63,636 nt of DNA, filler included, from Collodictyon triciliatum (GCA_043381765.1; 8 parts of 8 records of this genome joined end to end with filler, not necessarily neighbours in it), one strand, 5' to 3'; shown: positions 10,461 to 29,550, numbered from the whole stretch's first letter. Numbers and translations: made by a program. Notes: generated from the letters alone by a model not told the origin.

Positions 10461-10912
10461 ATCTCCACCATCCTGCACAAAATTGGAAGGAAGAATAAAA
10501 AATAATAATTTTCAATTGCTTATATTATCCATAAATTTATATGACTTGGATCAGTTTAGAAAAATATGCATAAAATACACTTATGCATTAAGTGTTCACA
10601 TTAGTTTAATTTGTCTACCACAAATCAAATCCCATCCCATTTTACCTTATTCAAAGAATATCAAACGCCATGTCTTTATCATGGGCATAATTATATTCAA
10701 TTCCGCGCAAAAGCTAAAGGGCTCCTCATATTGAACATATTAATAGGAAGAAACAATGATTCGCAATAAAAAAAAAATCAATTTTTGACCTCATTAAATG
10801 TTTAATTCATGGCTTTTATTTCAGCTCAGTTCACGTTTGAACGATAGTGCAGTTCAAACAATTGGCTCAGATGATGAAAGAACATCGAGTATCTGGCAAA
10901 TGCTTTGGTTTT

Positions 10913-13900
10913 TTACTTGTCATCCAAAACAGTGACACCGTCATAGTTTGGAGCACTGACTATACCGAGCAGAACCTTCATCGGCTTGTCGGTCGGGTTA
11001 ACATCGCAATAGTCGCTCAGCCTTCCGATAGTGTCCCCTTTCTGTGTCCCGGTCATTTGGGTGAAGTGTTGGAATGATATGGAAGCGCCTTGTTTGGTGT
11101 TCGCTTTGCTGACCTCTTGCTCTCCACTCTCCTGAGAGTCCGCAAGTAGCTCATGGATTTGAGTGCGGGTTGTCCTAAATTATAAATATTGTGGTTCATC
11201 TCGGATTCATTTGATAAGACTTATCATCCAAAATGTGAATTAGCTGGCGCGGAATTAACATACTTTCCCTTAACCACCACGTACTCCAGTGGCCTTGATA
11301 TCATGCGAGGCTGAATCGAGTTGCGTGTCTCTTCACTTATGATTATATTGGTCTTATATCTCTTATTCAAACCCTCGAGTCTAAAATATTAATTTATCAC
11401 CGCCATATAAGAGCTTGTCTCATATTCGTATAATTCAATAAAAAGTTGCCCTTGAATCGAATAAAGGAAAAAATCTAATAAAAAGACAAAACTCGATGTC
11501 TCGATGGGTCTATTGATACTTACCTCGATGCCAGATTCATGGTATCTCCGATAGAGTCGTACTTCATGCGCTTTGATGAACCGATATTTCCTGCATAGAC
11601 CGGACCAGTATGAACGCCAATACGGACATTTAGTGGCTCCTTTACTAATCTCTTTGACAGCCATTTGTTGTTGAGCTCCCCCATCACGCGCTATGAAAAC
11701 CAAAAAGGACGTTAATTATTTAAGATTTCCATTTTTATGATGTTCATAGAGAAATTAGAAGCCCTCGTTATTGTGCATTATTCTATTTTTAAATCACATT
11801 GTATCGTGCAGCGCAGATGGTAGCACACAAAGCATGGTCAGGGACGTCGGTAGGTGCGTTCCAGATCGCCTAGAAACCATGATATCGCGACATTATAAAT
11901 CCAAAACATCAATCATTCGCACTAATCATTGTAAATATCGAACATTATTCCACTTACTACAACTGCATCACCTATGAAGTCAACCACTGTTCCTCCTGTT
12001 GCTATGATGATACCTGATACTTCTTCCAGATAATCAGCAAGTATTTCGACAAGAGCTTCTGCCGATATGGACTCAGACAAAGTTGTAAATCCTTCAATAT
12101 CTAAAAAAATATATTTTTGAGTGATTTTTCATTTTAATGTAGACTCGAGTTGTTTTTATTACATTTTTCTTTAAATTTATCAACAAAAAATTTCACAAGG
12201 TATGTTACAAAGATTGTAGCTTATCATTTCATTCATAAGTTACCTGTGAACATCACCGTCACGTTTCTTCGGTCTAAGAACAGCTGGCCTTGATTGCTCG
12301 GGTCTGCGACGATTCTCTTAACCACCGCCATGGGCACAAACTTTCCGAACGACTGCAAGGCTGTGTCCATTACCTGTTTTTATTAATAAAAATAAGACAA
12401 GATTGATAGTGTAGAAAATCATTTCAAAAAATTTTAATTCTAAGATGTGTGTATTGCCTGGAATGAGGACTGAATCATACGAATCTCTCTCAAAGTAGAG
12501 CTAGAGTCTCCCTATTTTAATATTTTGGATGATTTTTAGATATATTCTTAATGATATTGTTATTCACCATCAAATTGAATTTTTATAAAATCTATGGCTT
12601 ACCGATGCTCTCTTGTCGAAGTTTAGCTTGGAAATATTTTGCATGGCATCTGCTACAACATTCAGTGGCCTAAAAAATTATGAAATTCATTATAATTTTC
12701 ACTGTAGACGGCAGCCAGATGTAATTTTTACATATATTTGTAACTTGACTCAATTATTTGGCTCTACCTGCTGATGTAAGTAGATACAATCATTGTGATG
12801 ACCAGTGTGACAACAAATAGTGCAGCGGTGAGTGAAGATGATAGCACAATCATACTGTCTACTTTCGAGAAGATATCACTGCGAGGAATCAGGACAACGA
12901 CCGTCTGCAAGTATTCATACATCAGTAGGTTTATTACTTGTTCTTGAATTGCGTTTTTTTTTATATTTGATTATCATGGACTTCGAGATGATTTTTTACC
13001 CATTCTATTCCGCCTCTAGGGTCGACCAGTGTTGATGCAAAAGTAAGGTACTCTTTGTCGCCTTTGTAAGTAGAGAATGATCGAATGCCATTGATGGGTT
13101 CCAGTCCACCTGTGCTATCCTTTGCAAGTTTCTGGTAGAGTAGATTATTTTTAGATTTTTATTCAAAAAAAGCTGAAAATCGAGCAAAAAGTTAATCTGA
13201 ATAATAAAATGGCGCTTTTCTTTCTCTTAATTTAATAGTAAAATGGCATTATCAAGAGTTATTGCTCACATCTGCCGACTTTATCATGAGTTTGTTGTCG
13301 GAGTCTTTATATGGAACCATGTTGCCGTCCTTGTCTGCTATAGGAATTCCAAGAGTACTGGCAATAATTTTGCCGTCCTGTGTGATCAAGAGAGAAACTT
13401 CAGTCTACTCCATTCATATTTTCCCTGGACAGATATGATGAAATTTGACAGTCGCAAAAATATTTTCTTCTTTAACCTTTTGTAAAATATATGCGTGGCC
13501 GTTGTCACTTGTTTTGATACTTTTCAGCTTGGCCTGCACCAAGTTTAAGTTCATCTCAGCGCCGGCAACGCCAATAATTTTACCTAAAAACAATGAAAAA
13601 ATTAAAAAAAAAAAAAGATAGCACTAATGTGCTCCATTACGTAAATGCGTGTGTCTATCATTTTCTGCATAATTAAAAGATATACTGTCGAAGAAATAGC
13701 TCACACCAAGGTTATTGAAAAATTTAAAAGGTTTTTCAAAATAAAGAATAATAATCATAAAATTACTGTTCTTAACATCGTTGTAGATTGGACGCACAGC
13801 AGCCACAGCCAAGACAATACCTCCTGCTGTGAACGAGGAGTAGACCGGACTCCATGTTGGATTGTTCTTGTTAACAGCAGCTCTATACCTTTACAAGGGC

Positions 13901-14949
13901 ATATAAAGATAAGAATGTTTACTGATTTTTTTAAAATATGTATGTATTCCAAAAAGTAAGATTATCTTTATAGCTATAACAAAGTCTGCGTCTAAAATTT
14001 GTACATGACAAGCATACCAAACTCTTTTTGAAGCGTTGTATCCTTTCCAGGAGTTGATAATTGGGAGTTCCTTGTAGGGCTTTGTTACATTTTCCCATGA
14101 AAGCGGGGCTGTAAAAGAAATAGCAAAGTCGCTTTCATATCCACTGTACATGATTGATGGTGCACCATAGTCTGTGACCATCCCTATATTAAAATTTGCA
14201 TGAAGGTCAGTTTGATTCTTGGGTGACATAAATGACATGGTTTGATTTTGTCAGGTAAAAAAAGGTGACATAATATGACAAACCATTAATTCCTCCATCC
14301 TGGTAACCAAAGTACGCTTGAGATATCATGTTGCTTTTCTGTAGATGATTCATTGTTAATTGAAACTCTTTATATTAAACATAAACATAAATTTGAGTTT
14401 GAAAGTAGGACCCGGATACCTCGACCACTCCCATGTTTGCAAATCTAGCAGCGAAGTTGTCAGCTTGCACTCCATTTTCTTCCAGCTTCCACATAAAGTT
14501 AGTCAACTCGAATACTCGAAGAATTTCTTGAGGAATGTTCAGTGCTGCCTGGATCTCTTGCTGGATTCTTTCTACAGTCTAAGAAAACATAAATTCGCAT
14601 TTTAGATAACATTCAAAAATATGCAAAATGAGGGGAAAATAATAAAATAATAAAATTTTAAATTTTCAAGCATAAACCTGTGTCTGCAGCTGGTTGGAAA
14701 TGTCATTGACAGACTAAAAACAAATAAAAAATGAAGGTCAGCATACATAATACATTTGTATATGAGAATGATAATGTATATATCGAAACATATCTATCAC
14801 AGAAATATATGTTTTTTATGTCTACTCACCGAAAAGCCGAACGTGTATGAAGGCACAACGCTCACCAAAGCAACTGAGACGACAGAGAAGAAAGACAGCA
14901 AAAGAATTGAATTGCGCAAGGATATGGTGCGCTGGATGCTCTTCTTCAT
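10913..14949 (-). CDS. Membrane class III adenylate/guanylate cyclase, TM-Cache-TM-HAMP-cyclase architecture, multi-exon
   Basis: Exons give an N-terminal TM, Cache motifs ([32 protein letters not shown]), TM2, a HAMP region ([13 protein letters not shown]...[24 protein letters not shown]), and the cyclase ([16 protein letters not shown]...[12 protein letters not shown]...[41 protein letters not shown]). C-terminus [11 protein letters not shown]. Confidence 0.9.
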
Positions 14950-16974
14950 TTCGGCCTGAAGTTTTTACAGAATATGGGTCACAATTATATAGTAAAATTA
15001 TGATAAATATGCTCTTATTGTTAATATTCCCACTTCGTCAGAGGGCAATCAGTGAAAAAGAAATTAGTATGTCATATACATAATACTTACATCAGTCCAT
15101 GCGTTGTTGTTTGGATCCTTCGGACCTGACGATTCATCAGACGCCAAAGAAATACGGGGCTTGTTGTCCTGATTTCTTGTGCTCATGTTATTATGGAAGC
15201 CCTCTTATTTCACGATTATTGAAGTCCCCACCGAACGGGTTTGATTTTAATATTATGTACCTAATTAATGATGCATATTAGAAGTTCTCGTTAGTGTTTA
15301 TATTTTAAAGATGAGCTTAAACATGCGATTTATCAATATATTTCATTAGTGGAATGGAAATATGACGGTAATCTATAATCTGAAAGTGACAGATTTGACG
15401 TTTTTTTCCATGAAGTTCTCTAACGCTTCCAAGATCATTGGAAATAATGATGTAAAATTCATACAGCCAATGTAATTTATTTAGAGGCCCTAAATATTCT
15501 GGTGACAAATACGCCCATCCATTTTTTTTTTTACTGGGCATAAATGAATCACGTTGTCGTGTCTGTGGAACATCTCTTGTTGGATCTAGTGTTTGGCAAC
15601 TCAGAATTTGATTCAAATTGTCGATTAATTTATAGGCGATTAGACCTTATCTTCAAATACTGCACAATAATATATATTTGTTATGATTTAGTTTTATAAG
15701 TCAAAGATTCATATTTATACTATGGTGTCAGTTCATATAGAAACTTCGATCACCGCCCGTTACGCTGCCATTTTTTTAAGAAAAGTACCTAAAATTTTTT
15801 TGAATATTGAACCTAGGCATGTTGAGAGCTATTCTGATAAAACATATAGCGACCGTCTTACCCATAAAGCGCTAATAAAAGCTCACTTGAACTATACCTC
15901 TAACTCATGTCGTTACTTTTGAACGTTATTTTTTTCTTTTTGGCGCGGGCATAACAATATTTCTATTAAATTTGATGGATATGGATACTTGGTTTGAATA
16001 TTCAGTTAACTCGCGGCAAAAGATGTCAATATAGAATTAATGAATGTGCGAATCTTCTCATTTGAAAAAATGAAGATAATGGGCCCACATGACGGTGCGC
16101 GATGAAAGTCCATGTTCCTGAGGTTTTATGTATTCCGAGCAAAAATTCTCGTGGAAATTCCCTTAATTGCCGATGATTCACAATACGATATTTTCTCTCT
16201 TTTATTTTTATCTGAGGATTTTGGTGAATAATAATAAATTCTCAGGTGAAATAGAGTCCTTGAATGAACATTATTTCACGTTTCGCTTCTTGCAAGCTCG
16301 AATGAATTCACTTTACATCTTCATTATTATTGAGCTATAATGTCATTTTCTTTTCTCATAAACTTCATAAGCTTCAGATAATGACGGAACCATTTTTCAC
16401 CTGTCCCCAGGTTCCTTACAACAAAGAAATAAAAAAAAATGCTGCCCTCCCAGCTCTTTATTTTTAGGCTGGTTTATTTATCTGTGAGACAGCAGGCCCA
16501 AAATTAGCGGCCCTGCAAACAAATTCGAGCGAACCAAGGCTAAAACATCTCATATAGCTCAAATTGAAAGGAAATTCGAAGTATCACGAACATTTAAGTA
16601 ACCGAACAATTTTTTTTATTCTTTCAATTTTGTGCAGGATGGTGGGGACATCGGCTTTGGGCAAGAGATTAAATAATATACAAATTGAAGTTAAAGCGAG
16701 GAAAGACCTACAGAGGGTATCAAGAGTATCTATCTTTTAGGTATTTACAATATTTTGAATTCATTAAGAGACAAGAAGTATCTTTGAAACATACAGACTC
16801 TTTTGCATCGTCAGAATTACTGCAATATAATGAAAAAATAATTTCATGGGCGATTTTGCGTATAAAAACTCTCTTGGGTATACCTTGAAATCGTGCCTGT
16901 ATTACTTCAAAATCTTTGGTTTCTCGGTATTCAGAGCATATATAACTTAAGACTTTATTAAATTTTTTAAAATT

Positions 16975-17691
16975 TTATGGAGTATTTTTTTTGTAATAGG
17001 TTCTAATTTGTGGAAAAGGAATGAGCGATGGCGAGATAGTCAGGCCGACAACTCTACTGGCAAATTGGCTGGATGGGTAACAGGGGATGACTATGTCGTG
17101 GGTATGCCTTGCCATCCTTTCCTGCTTGTCACTTTGCTTTTGACCAGAGTATAAACTGCAATCCGTAAGAATTTCGATGAAAAAAATTATGTCCGGGTTT
17201 GTAGAATGTTCTATGGCGGCGAGAAGGTGGGGAAAATCACAATAATGAAAAATTGTTTGGAAATTAATGAGTTCTCTATAATCATAGGATGCAAATAATT
17301 GCAAGTGGAATAGGTTTTCGACTACGCTAAGCTGTTTAGGAGCATAGTCAACATTGAAGAGCATCTCTGGAGCGAATTCTGTTACTTTTTGAGCCAGAGA
17401 GCACTTAATAAATGTGTGTTCGATAGAGTCGTCTCCACTATGGCACATGTTGCATTCTGGAGAGGTAGTTGCTGCATGGACTACACGCGCACCTATCCAC
17501 AGCTCTCTGTTGGAGATATTGAGAAGTAGGGCGCGGTGTTTCGGGAGTAGCTGAGATATGCGGGCTTGCTTCCAGCTTTTGACTATCGGTGGGTCTATAA
17601 TGCCTATAGTTTCGGTCCAACGACTCATTTCCTCCGGTTTGTAGGGATTCGGGCTGGTTATTTCATATCGAAACAGCCTAGAATATTCCAT
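16975..17691 (-). mobile_element. Non-LTR retrotransposon remnants: zf-RVT region followed by an APE-endonuclease-like N-terminal fragment
   Basis: SPECNMCHSGDDSIEHTFIKCSLAQKV is a zf-RVT motif. Downstream, NPDIIFFIEI...SRVVGLTISP resembles the EEP-fold motifs PDIIxLQE and xGVGIL. Confidence 0.7.
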
Positions 17692-18471
17692 AATAAATGG
17701 GAATTTCGAAGAGCAAGTATATTTGATAGTGTTTTAATTCTTCAGGAAACTTTCATATTCTGAAAAATACTATTGCTCCATTTAAGTGTTTTCGTGATAT
17801 AACCATCTAAATACATTCAATTTCATAAGTCAAATCTTCTGAAAAAATACGAAAAATTTCACTCTAAAATAGTGTTGAGTTCAAAGCTTGGAAATATTTT
17901 AGGATGTGAAAATAAAAAGCATCAACTTTTCTACTAGTAACGACAACCCCAAAAAATGCAGCTAACCCTATCAATAAAAAAAATAATCGTCTATTAGAAT
18001 GATTTTTGAATCATTAAAGCCAATATCTTAATCACCTGGCATGCATTGAAAGTAATAATAAAAAAAACATGCAAATAATACGAACTTGCAACAATATTGG
18101 AGTTCCTCTAGGAAAGTATTTATGAGCATTATTTTGAATCGAAGTTTATTGCGATGAAAGTATAATGAATGCCCAGATGAGCTGATATTATAATTTTTAT
18201 ATAATTTTGTTTTTTGTTCATTATGTGAGGCACCGAGCCAAAAACAATTATAATTAATCGAACTTGTGTTGTTTATATCTTCATTTTACTGAGGTAGAAA
18301 AATCCATCTGGATCGAATGTTCCTTTTCACCTCGTATTTGATTCAAATTAAAATAGAATGTTCTTAAATTTTGTGTTGAACTTTTCATCTAAAAATCCTT
18401 TCTGTCTCTGATATTGAAGTCATTAAACATGTAATGATATTAAAAAAAATACTTAAATAACTAGCTCAATA

Positions 18472-18812
18472 AGCAAAAAAGCAAAAAAATCACAAAAATC
18501 ACAAAAAAGAAAAAAGTGCAAAAAAAGCAAAAAAAACAAAACACAAAAAACGCAAAAAAGCAAAAAAGTGCAAAAAAAGAAGAAAAAAGCAAAAAGAAAT
18601 TTGCAACAAAATCAAAAATGCAAAAATGCAAAAAACAAAAAATTCAAAAAAGAAGAAAAAATGCAAAAAAGCAAAAAAGCAAAAAAGCAAAAATGCAAAA
18701 AAGCAAAAAAGCAAAAAAGCAAAAAAGCAAAAAAGCAAAAAATCAAAGAAGTAAAAATAAAAATAAAAAATGCAAAATAGAAGAAAAGAAAAAGCAAAAG
18801 AAATTTGCAACT
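18472..18812. repeat. A-rich (GCAAAAAA)n-type low-complexity repeat
   Basis: Degenerate tandem GCAAAAAA units. Confidence 0.85.
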
Positions 18813-18870
18813 AAATCATATGAAATGGCCTCTATGAATTTTTCAGGTATATTCCCCTTTTATTCTTTTT

Positions 18871-19507
18871 TCAGTTTAGGCAACGATTGCTCCAGAAGAT
18901 TGAAATTCTCTCAAATCTGTTTAGATTTGTGCTAAGATTGTAATATTTTTGAAATATGGCGGAATTATCATAGATTGTCAACTGCAGAACAATCTGCGTT
19001 TGATAGAGTAAGGAGCCATAGTGCTGCATTTCCTGAAGGTCGAGAAGGTGTATTTGAAGTGGTTTTGATTGTGTCATTTTTTTCTATTGCCAGAGCATTT
19101 TTTGTGGCCAAAAGACTACTCTCGGCTTCGTTATCGGTTGACAAGGGAGAAGCCAGAACGATGTCGAGGTAATTGAATGGGCGAGGAATGTACTCTGATG
19201 CAGGCACCGGAGCATATCCGCGCATGAGTGGCGATGTGTATAAATTTGTAGAAGAAATTGAATTTGTCGATGCCGTCATTTTTGATTGTGTATTTGAGGC
19301 AATATTTCCATGATGCAGCTTGGATTTGAGATGTTCTGTGCGGGCTTGTTCTGAAAAGCCACGCCATGTTGGGCAAATAGGGCAGAGAAATACAATACGG
19401 TGGCGCTGGGGGTTTAGTTTACAAACATTTAGGTGTAATCGACGATTCCTCTTAGATGAGAGCTCTTTTTCACAATGTGGGCAAATAACCTTATCCATCT
19501 TCACCTT
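18871..19507 (-). CDS. Exon(s) of a C2H2/C2HC zinc-finger protein, partial
   Basis: CPHC...RRLHLNVC and CPICPTW...EHLKSKLH. Upstream part lost at the contig end. Confidence 0.55.
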
Positions 19508-19768
19508 TTAATTCTAAAAAATTGTGTTTCGTTATTTTCATAAATTTATATAATTTTTTGTTATATTTCATTATGTTTTATTATGTTTTATTATGTTTTA
19601 TTATGTTTTATTATGTTTTATTATGTTTTATTATGTTTTATTATGTTTTATTATGTTTTATTATGTTTNNNNNNNNNNNNNNNNNNNNNNNNNNNNNNNN
19701 NNNNNNNNNNNNTTAATTAATTAANNNNNNNNNNNNNNNNNNNNNNNNNNNNNNNNNNNNNNNNNNNN

Positions 19769-24897
<5,129 letters not shown>

Positions 24898-25099
24898 CCA
24901 GTGAGCAGAGCTGCTTCTACATCATATAGTGTCCTGCTTAAGCATTCTTTACTCTCAGGAAAAAAAAAACCCCCCACCGTCCTTTCTTCAAGCGAGGTGA
25001 CGGGCACGATTTGATCCATCAAGCAACAAAACTCTGCTGGCTGTGAGATCAAAAACTGGGTTGTGTTGGAATTTTGTGATATTTATTTTCCAGATATGA

Positions 25100-26370
25100 A
25101 AGATAAAATCGTTACAGAAGGGCGGAGCGGATTTGTTCCTTATATCTGCTGGAGCGGCTTTGGCTTCAAGGGTTGGGGCGGTGCGGCTGTTGCTCACCCA
25201 GAGGGGATTATATGATGGTTTCCCCGCTAGAAATAGACACAATAATATACGTACAATATTTATTCATTTGTTTGTTTTGCAAATTGTATCTCAGGGGAAC
25301 CATTTTGCCAAAATGAATGGTCTTTGCATTTACTTCCTCCATCTCTCAAAGTTTGGTTTATTGTTTGGAGCATACATGCTTTCATGAATTGGAGTCCCTC
25401 AAACTTTTCCATTATTGTTGCTTGTCTTTCCTTCGGTTCTCCATAGCCTTTTTTCCAAAGTTTACTAAAATTCGACAGAGTTAGTTAACCATGTTATAGC
25501 GAGATTTACATGTAAACATGTTTTTAATGAACGCTCCAAAGATTGAGTTATGTATACTTGGTACACACTAGATGGCCGCTTGGGAAAGAAACTTGTAAAA
25601 AAAGAAAAAAGAAGAAGAAAGCTTTAGGGAACAAACCATCTCTTTCTCTGGCGTAAAATACTCTCTGTATTCGTGCTCTGTTAATACACCAATATGCAAT
25701 CAGTGTGTGGAACAGAACAAAGAATATGCATATGATTATTCGCATCCATGAAATCTAACCATGATGTAATTAGAAAGGCAACCAGAAAGTTGACAAGGCC
25801 TCAAACGGATGAACAGGAAAGACTGTGTATCCAACTTTTAAGAAAAATATTGTTGTATCCATGATGTTGAATACATAGATTTCAATTATGTTCATGAAAG
25901 AGAGGGAGAGAGAAAAGAAACTAAGGGGAATAGGAATCCTCGAAGAAACATCATCTGCTGTTTTCCATTAAAAAACTTGTCAAACCTGAGCTTCACTCCA
26001 GGTGTCATTGTTGCTAGAATTGTTATCATAGTGGATTTCTTTGATAAAAAGCTGATCATCAATCGCACTTTCGTCGTCTGGAACAAACTCCATCTTTCTT
26101 ATTCTCCAGTAAGAGAACCCTTGTGAATCTAATATCCCAATCGTAAGGTGGCTGGTCTGCTAGGTCGTGTCGCGCCGATATAAAAGCATCGTCTTTGCTA
26201 TTATCTTCTTTTTCTTCTTCTTTTTCTTCTTTTTCTTCTTTTTCTTCTTTTTCTTCTTTTTCTTCTTTTTCTTCTTTTTGTTTTCTGGCAGCAGCATTTT
26301 TATGAGTTCTCAACAACCCGTCACATTTATTGCTCGGGATGAGCGAATAACACACAAATGAGAAACTCAC
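25100..26370 (-). CDS. Possible spliced gene of unknown function (acidic EEK repeat)
   Basis: Exon-like segments with higher GC and plausible GT/AG borders. No recognised motif. Confidence 0.3.
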
Positions 26371-26402
26371 TTACAAAAGTCCTTGGCAGAAAACACAACC
26401 AG

Positions 26403-27636
26403 ATGGAGAACACAACAGAAGCAGAAGAGCCTCCAAAGAGTCGAGCTCACGCCTTCGCGAGAGTAAGTCCTTTTTTTTTTCTCCCTTTGGACTCTCGTCC
26501 CGCGTGTCTAATTGATTTCAGCTTTCACACGAGAGAGCCTTACAAAGGCCTGTTCGCTTTGTGTCTCTTGAGAGATTAAGACAAAAGCATGACAGAAGCA
26601 TAACAAAATAGAAGGTGTACCGCGTCTGCTACAACTACACGTTCGCTCTTATCATCATATTGGTTCTCATTCACATGCAATCGCTACAACCGTTTCTGCG
26701 ATATATACACACCCTCTCGGCCTTGTACCTCTTTGCGCTCCTCTTCCCATGGCTCAGCATTCATGTCTTTTGGCCCATTTCTCCTTGGCTTCCCATGTGC
26801 ATATGGGTTACCGCAGTCACCGGATTTATGTACTATGCAAAAGGCCCTGGCATCACACGCTTCTACACTAGCATGAGGCATTCTATCGCATCACTTATCC
26901 TCTTTGAATTAGGTATTATGTTGCATCAATTATTCCATTTTTTTTTCAATTTCTATTATTTTTTGTATTACAGAAAATAAAGAAGATATCGCCATCGCCA
27001 TTGACCAATTCTCAATCTCCCTTGCTCATTGGCATAGTATTTGATCTCCACGGATTCTTTATCGATTGCTACCTTGGCCCACGCTTGCTGGTTATCTATG
27101 GTTTTCTGGTGATTAAGACCGGGAGCATCACCTTCTACGTGACCCTTGTGTCCTTCACATTTCAGTTCTTTCTCTCGTATTTCTTTGGAAGATACTTATT
27201 TGCTTATTGGTTCATCATCCTCGCGCAATTGCTCTCCATCCAATCGGATATTATGGCTGCTCACTTTATGTATCCTCTAAGATACATGACTCCTTCAGAG
27301 TTCAGCGAATCCCTTTCTGATTCTCACTTCCTTTCAAGATTCCATGAGTCATACACTCTCCTGACTTCCGCTTCTCGCCAGTATGTTGCCCGTGAAGTAT
27401 TCATGGAAATCAAAAAAATGAAGCAGGCCTTGGGTGGAGACCAAACGAAACAGGCCAAAGCAAATCCAGCCGGTGCTTCACAAACCCACTCAACAAGCGA
27501 TTCATCATCAGGGGACCGGCAAAGGCGCGGTTCGGCCGAGCACACCAGAGAAGAAGAAAGGGAATCTCAATCTAGCTCAGCACCTGGTGCTTTTCCGGAC
27601 AAAAGCTCTCGCAAACCGCGCTCTAAGAAAGCTTAG
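26403..27636 (+). CDS. Multi-pass membrane protein of unknown function, 3 exons
   Basis: MENTTEAEEPPKSRAHAFAR|KVYRVC...ILFEL|VFDLHGFF... The introns at ~26463-26611 and ~26912-27037 are GT-AG and keep the frame. Several TM segments and a polar tail. Confidence 0.65.
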
Positions 27637-28025
27637 CATCATATCTCGAAATAAAATCTGATTTTATAAATTGATAGACATAATTGCGAGAAACGTAAGA
27701 CAAGTGCATAACCCCTCTAAACGAAATCAAGGGATAAGATACATAGCATGTAATGCATTATATAATCACTTCTATTCTTTTCGTGCATTCTTTGTTTAAT
27801 GTCATGTTTGTGGCTTATGCTTTCGAAGGAAATTCATAAGTTGATGATAATCTGCGAAAAGAGTTTTCATCGCCATTTTCATATGGATAATAGCTTCTCC
27901 TAGTTTGATATTGTGCAGTTATTTAAATGCAGGAAAACCTAAAATAAAAAAAAGATTCTGTAATAAACTATACGGGGAAAGGAATCATGAATACCTTGCT
28001 TTCAAAAAAAAAAAAACACGAATCC

Positions 28026-29418
28026 CTAGACTTTTGGACTCCAAACCTTATGGAAAGTAATAAGTTTGTGTTGGAATCTTAAATAGGGCTTGATGTAGGA
28101 TATTGTTAGCAAATGCATGTGTATCTAGCTTCTCTGAAAAATATATGTAGATCAAAACATGATTTATTTGCTTTTTTTTTAAAAAAAAATGATGTATGTA
28201 TCTTATTTTGAGTTTTTGTAAAATTTGTGAGTTAAAATGAATTACTTGCACGGTGTAATCTTCATCAAATGAGAAGCAAGTTTGGTTTAATGTAGGATGC
28301 CAACTGTGACTCACTTTCCTTGCTGATGCGTTCGGGCCGTCATGACAAAATGCTATGCGGTTAGTGTAGGTCAGTTATTAATGACACTGTTATCGACAGT
28401 TTCAACGCTGACAACTAATATAATTCTATCAATTGGCATTTTATGGCATTAGTTTTTTTATTCTAATGTACAACTTTAAACCATACCTTCTGCAATTCCA
28501 TTATCAGCTCTGTAAATGGTAATTTTTTCGCTGAATCCTTAGTTGTTATTGGGATTTAATAAAGGAGTAATCCACTCAAATGAGAAAAGAATTTATTATT
28601 GCGAATTTGTTTTAATTCTTCATTTTTGTTGTGGCTTTCTTATGGCTTTTTTTGTTGTAATTATGGGGGACCTGATACTGAAATCATGGGCTTCGAAGTC
28701 GGAATAATCTAATGTGAAATAAAATGTACATGAAATTCTGTAAATAACGGTGTTTTTGCATGAAAAGAAATTAAATTAACGAATTTTATAACTGTGTATT
28801 ATAACAATAATATAATCACTTGTAAATCAATAAATAGAGGATTGATATTCGGATTCGGTCTCCTCTCCGTGTGATTGAATTGCCAAACAAGGTCTTTCAT
28901 GCTTCTGCAATCATAAATTTGCATCACACCATTCTCGTTGATACACACAAACATCGGTGCACTATGTGGTAATAGTTTAACCGAGCACAAGTTTGTTGAC
29001 GAAGCATCTGATTTCGCTATTGAACATCTTCATTTAGCTAACTACAACACATATGAATACATTCGCGTTTAAAAATAGAGAATATTGTTTCCAGTAGTTC
29101 TTGTGCATCTTATATTCATATGTGTAAGAAATGCTAAACAATCGTTCATGAGGACTACCTATGTGAATATTTCTCGTTCTCAAATCACCCACGTAAAAGC
29201 TACCCAACCGACTTGCATAAATGAATGTGTCCGAGTTTGGGATAGATTGTATTCCAACACACGGTGAATCATCTGAAACTTCTAAATGTGTTTTCATGGT
29301 CTGATGCTTAAAGGTTTCCATCTCGACATGTAGCACATGCCCAGAATTGCATCCACATAAAATTGTCCCTCCTGATGCAGGCTTGTTGATAAATTCAATC
29401 ACCCCTCCTTTCCTTTAC
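28026..29418 (-). CDS. WD40-repeat protein, C-terminal part (5' end lost at contig edge)
   Basis: Repeats ending GSFYVGDLR, GVMQIYDCR, and SHSWHP...DEDYTVQ|VWSPKV*. Confidence 0.7.
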
Positions 29419-29431
29419 AGTACAGTGGGAA

Positions 29432-29550
<119 letters not shown>

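Noticed and set aside
18499-18935. Lys- or Phe-rich ORFs here and at 1135, 8174, 24024, 31560 and 42312
   Set aside because: They are translations of microsatellites or homopolymers.
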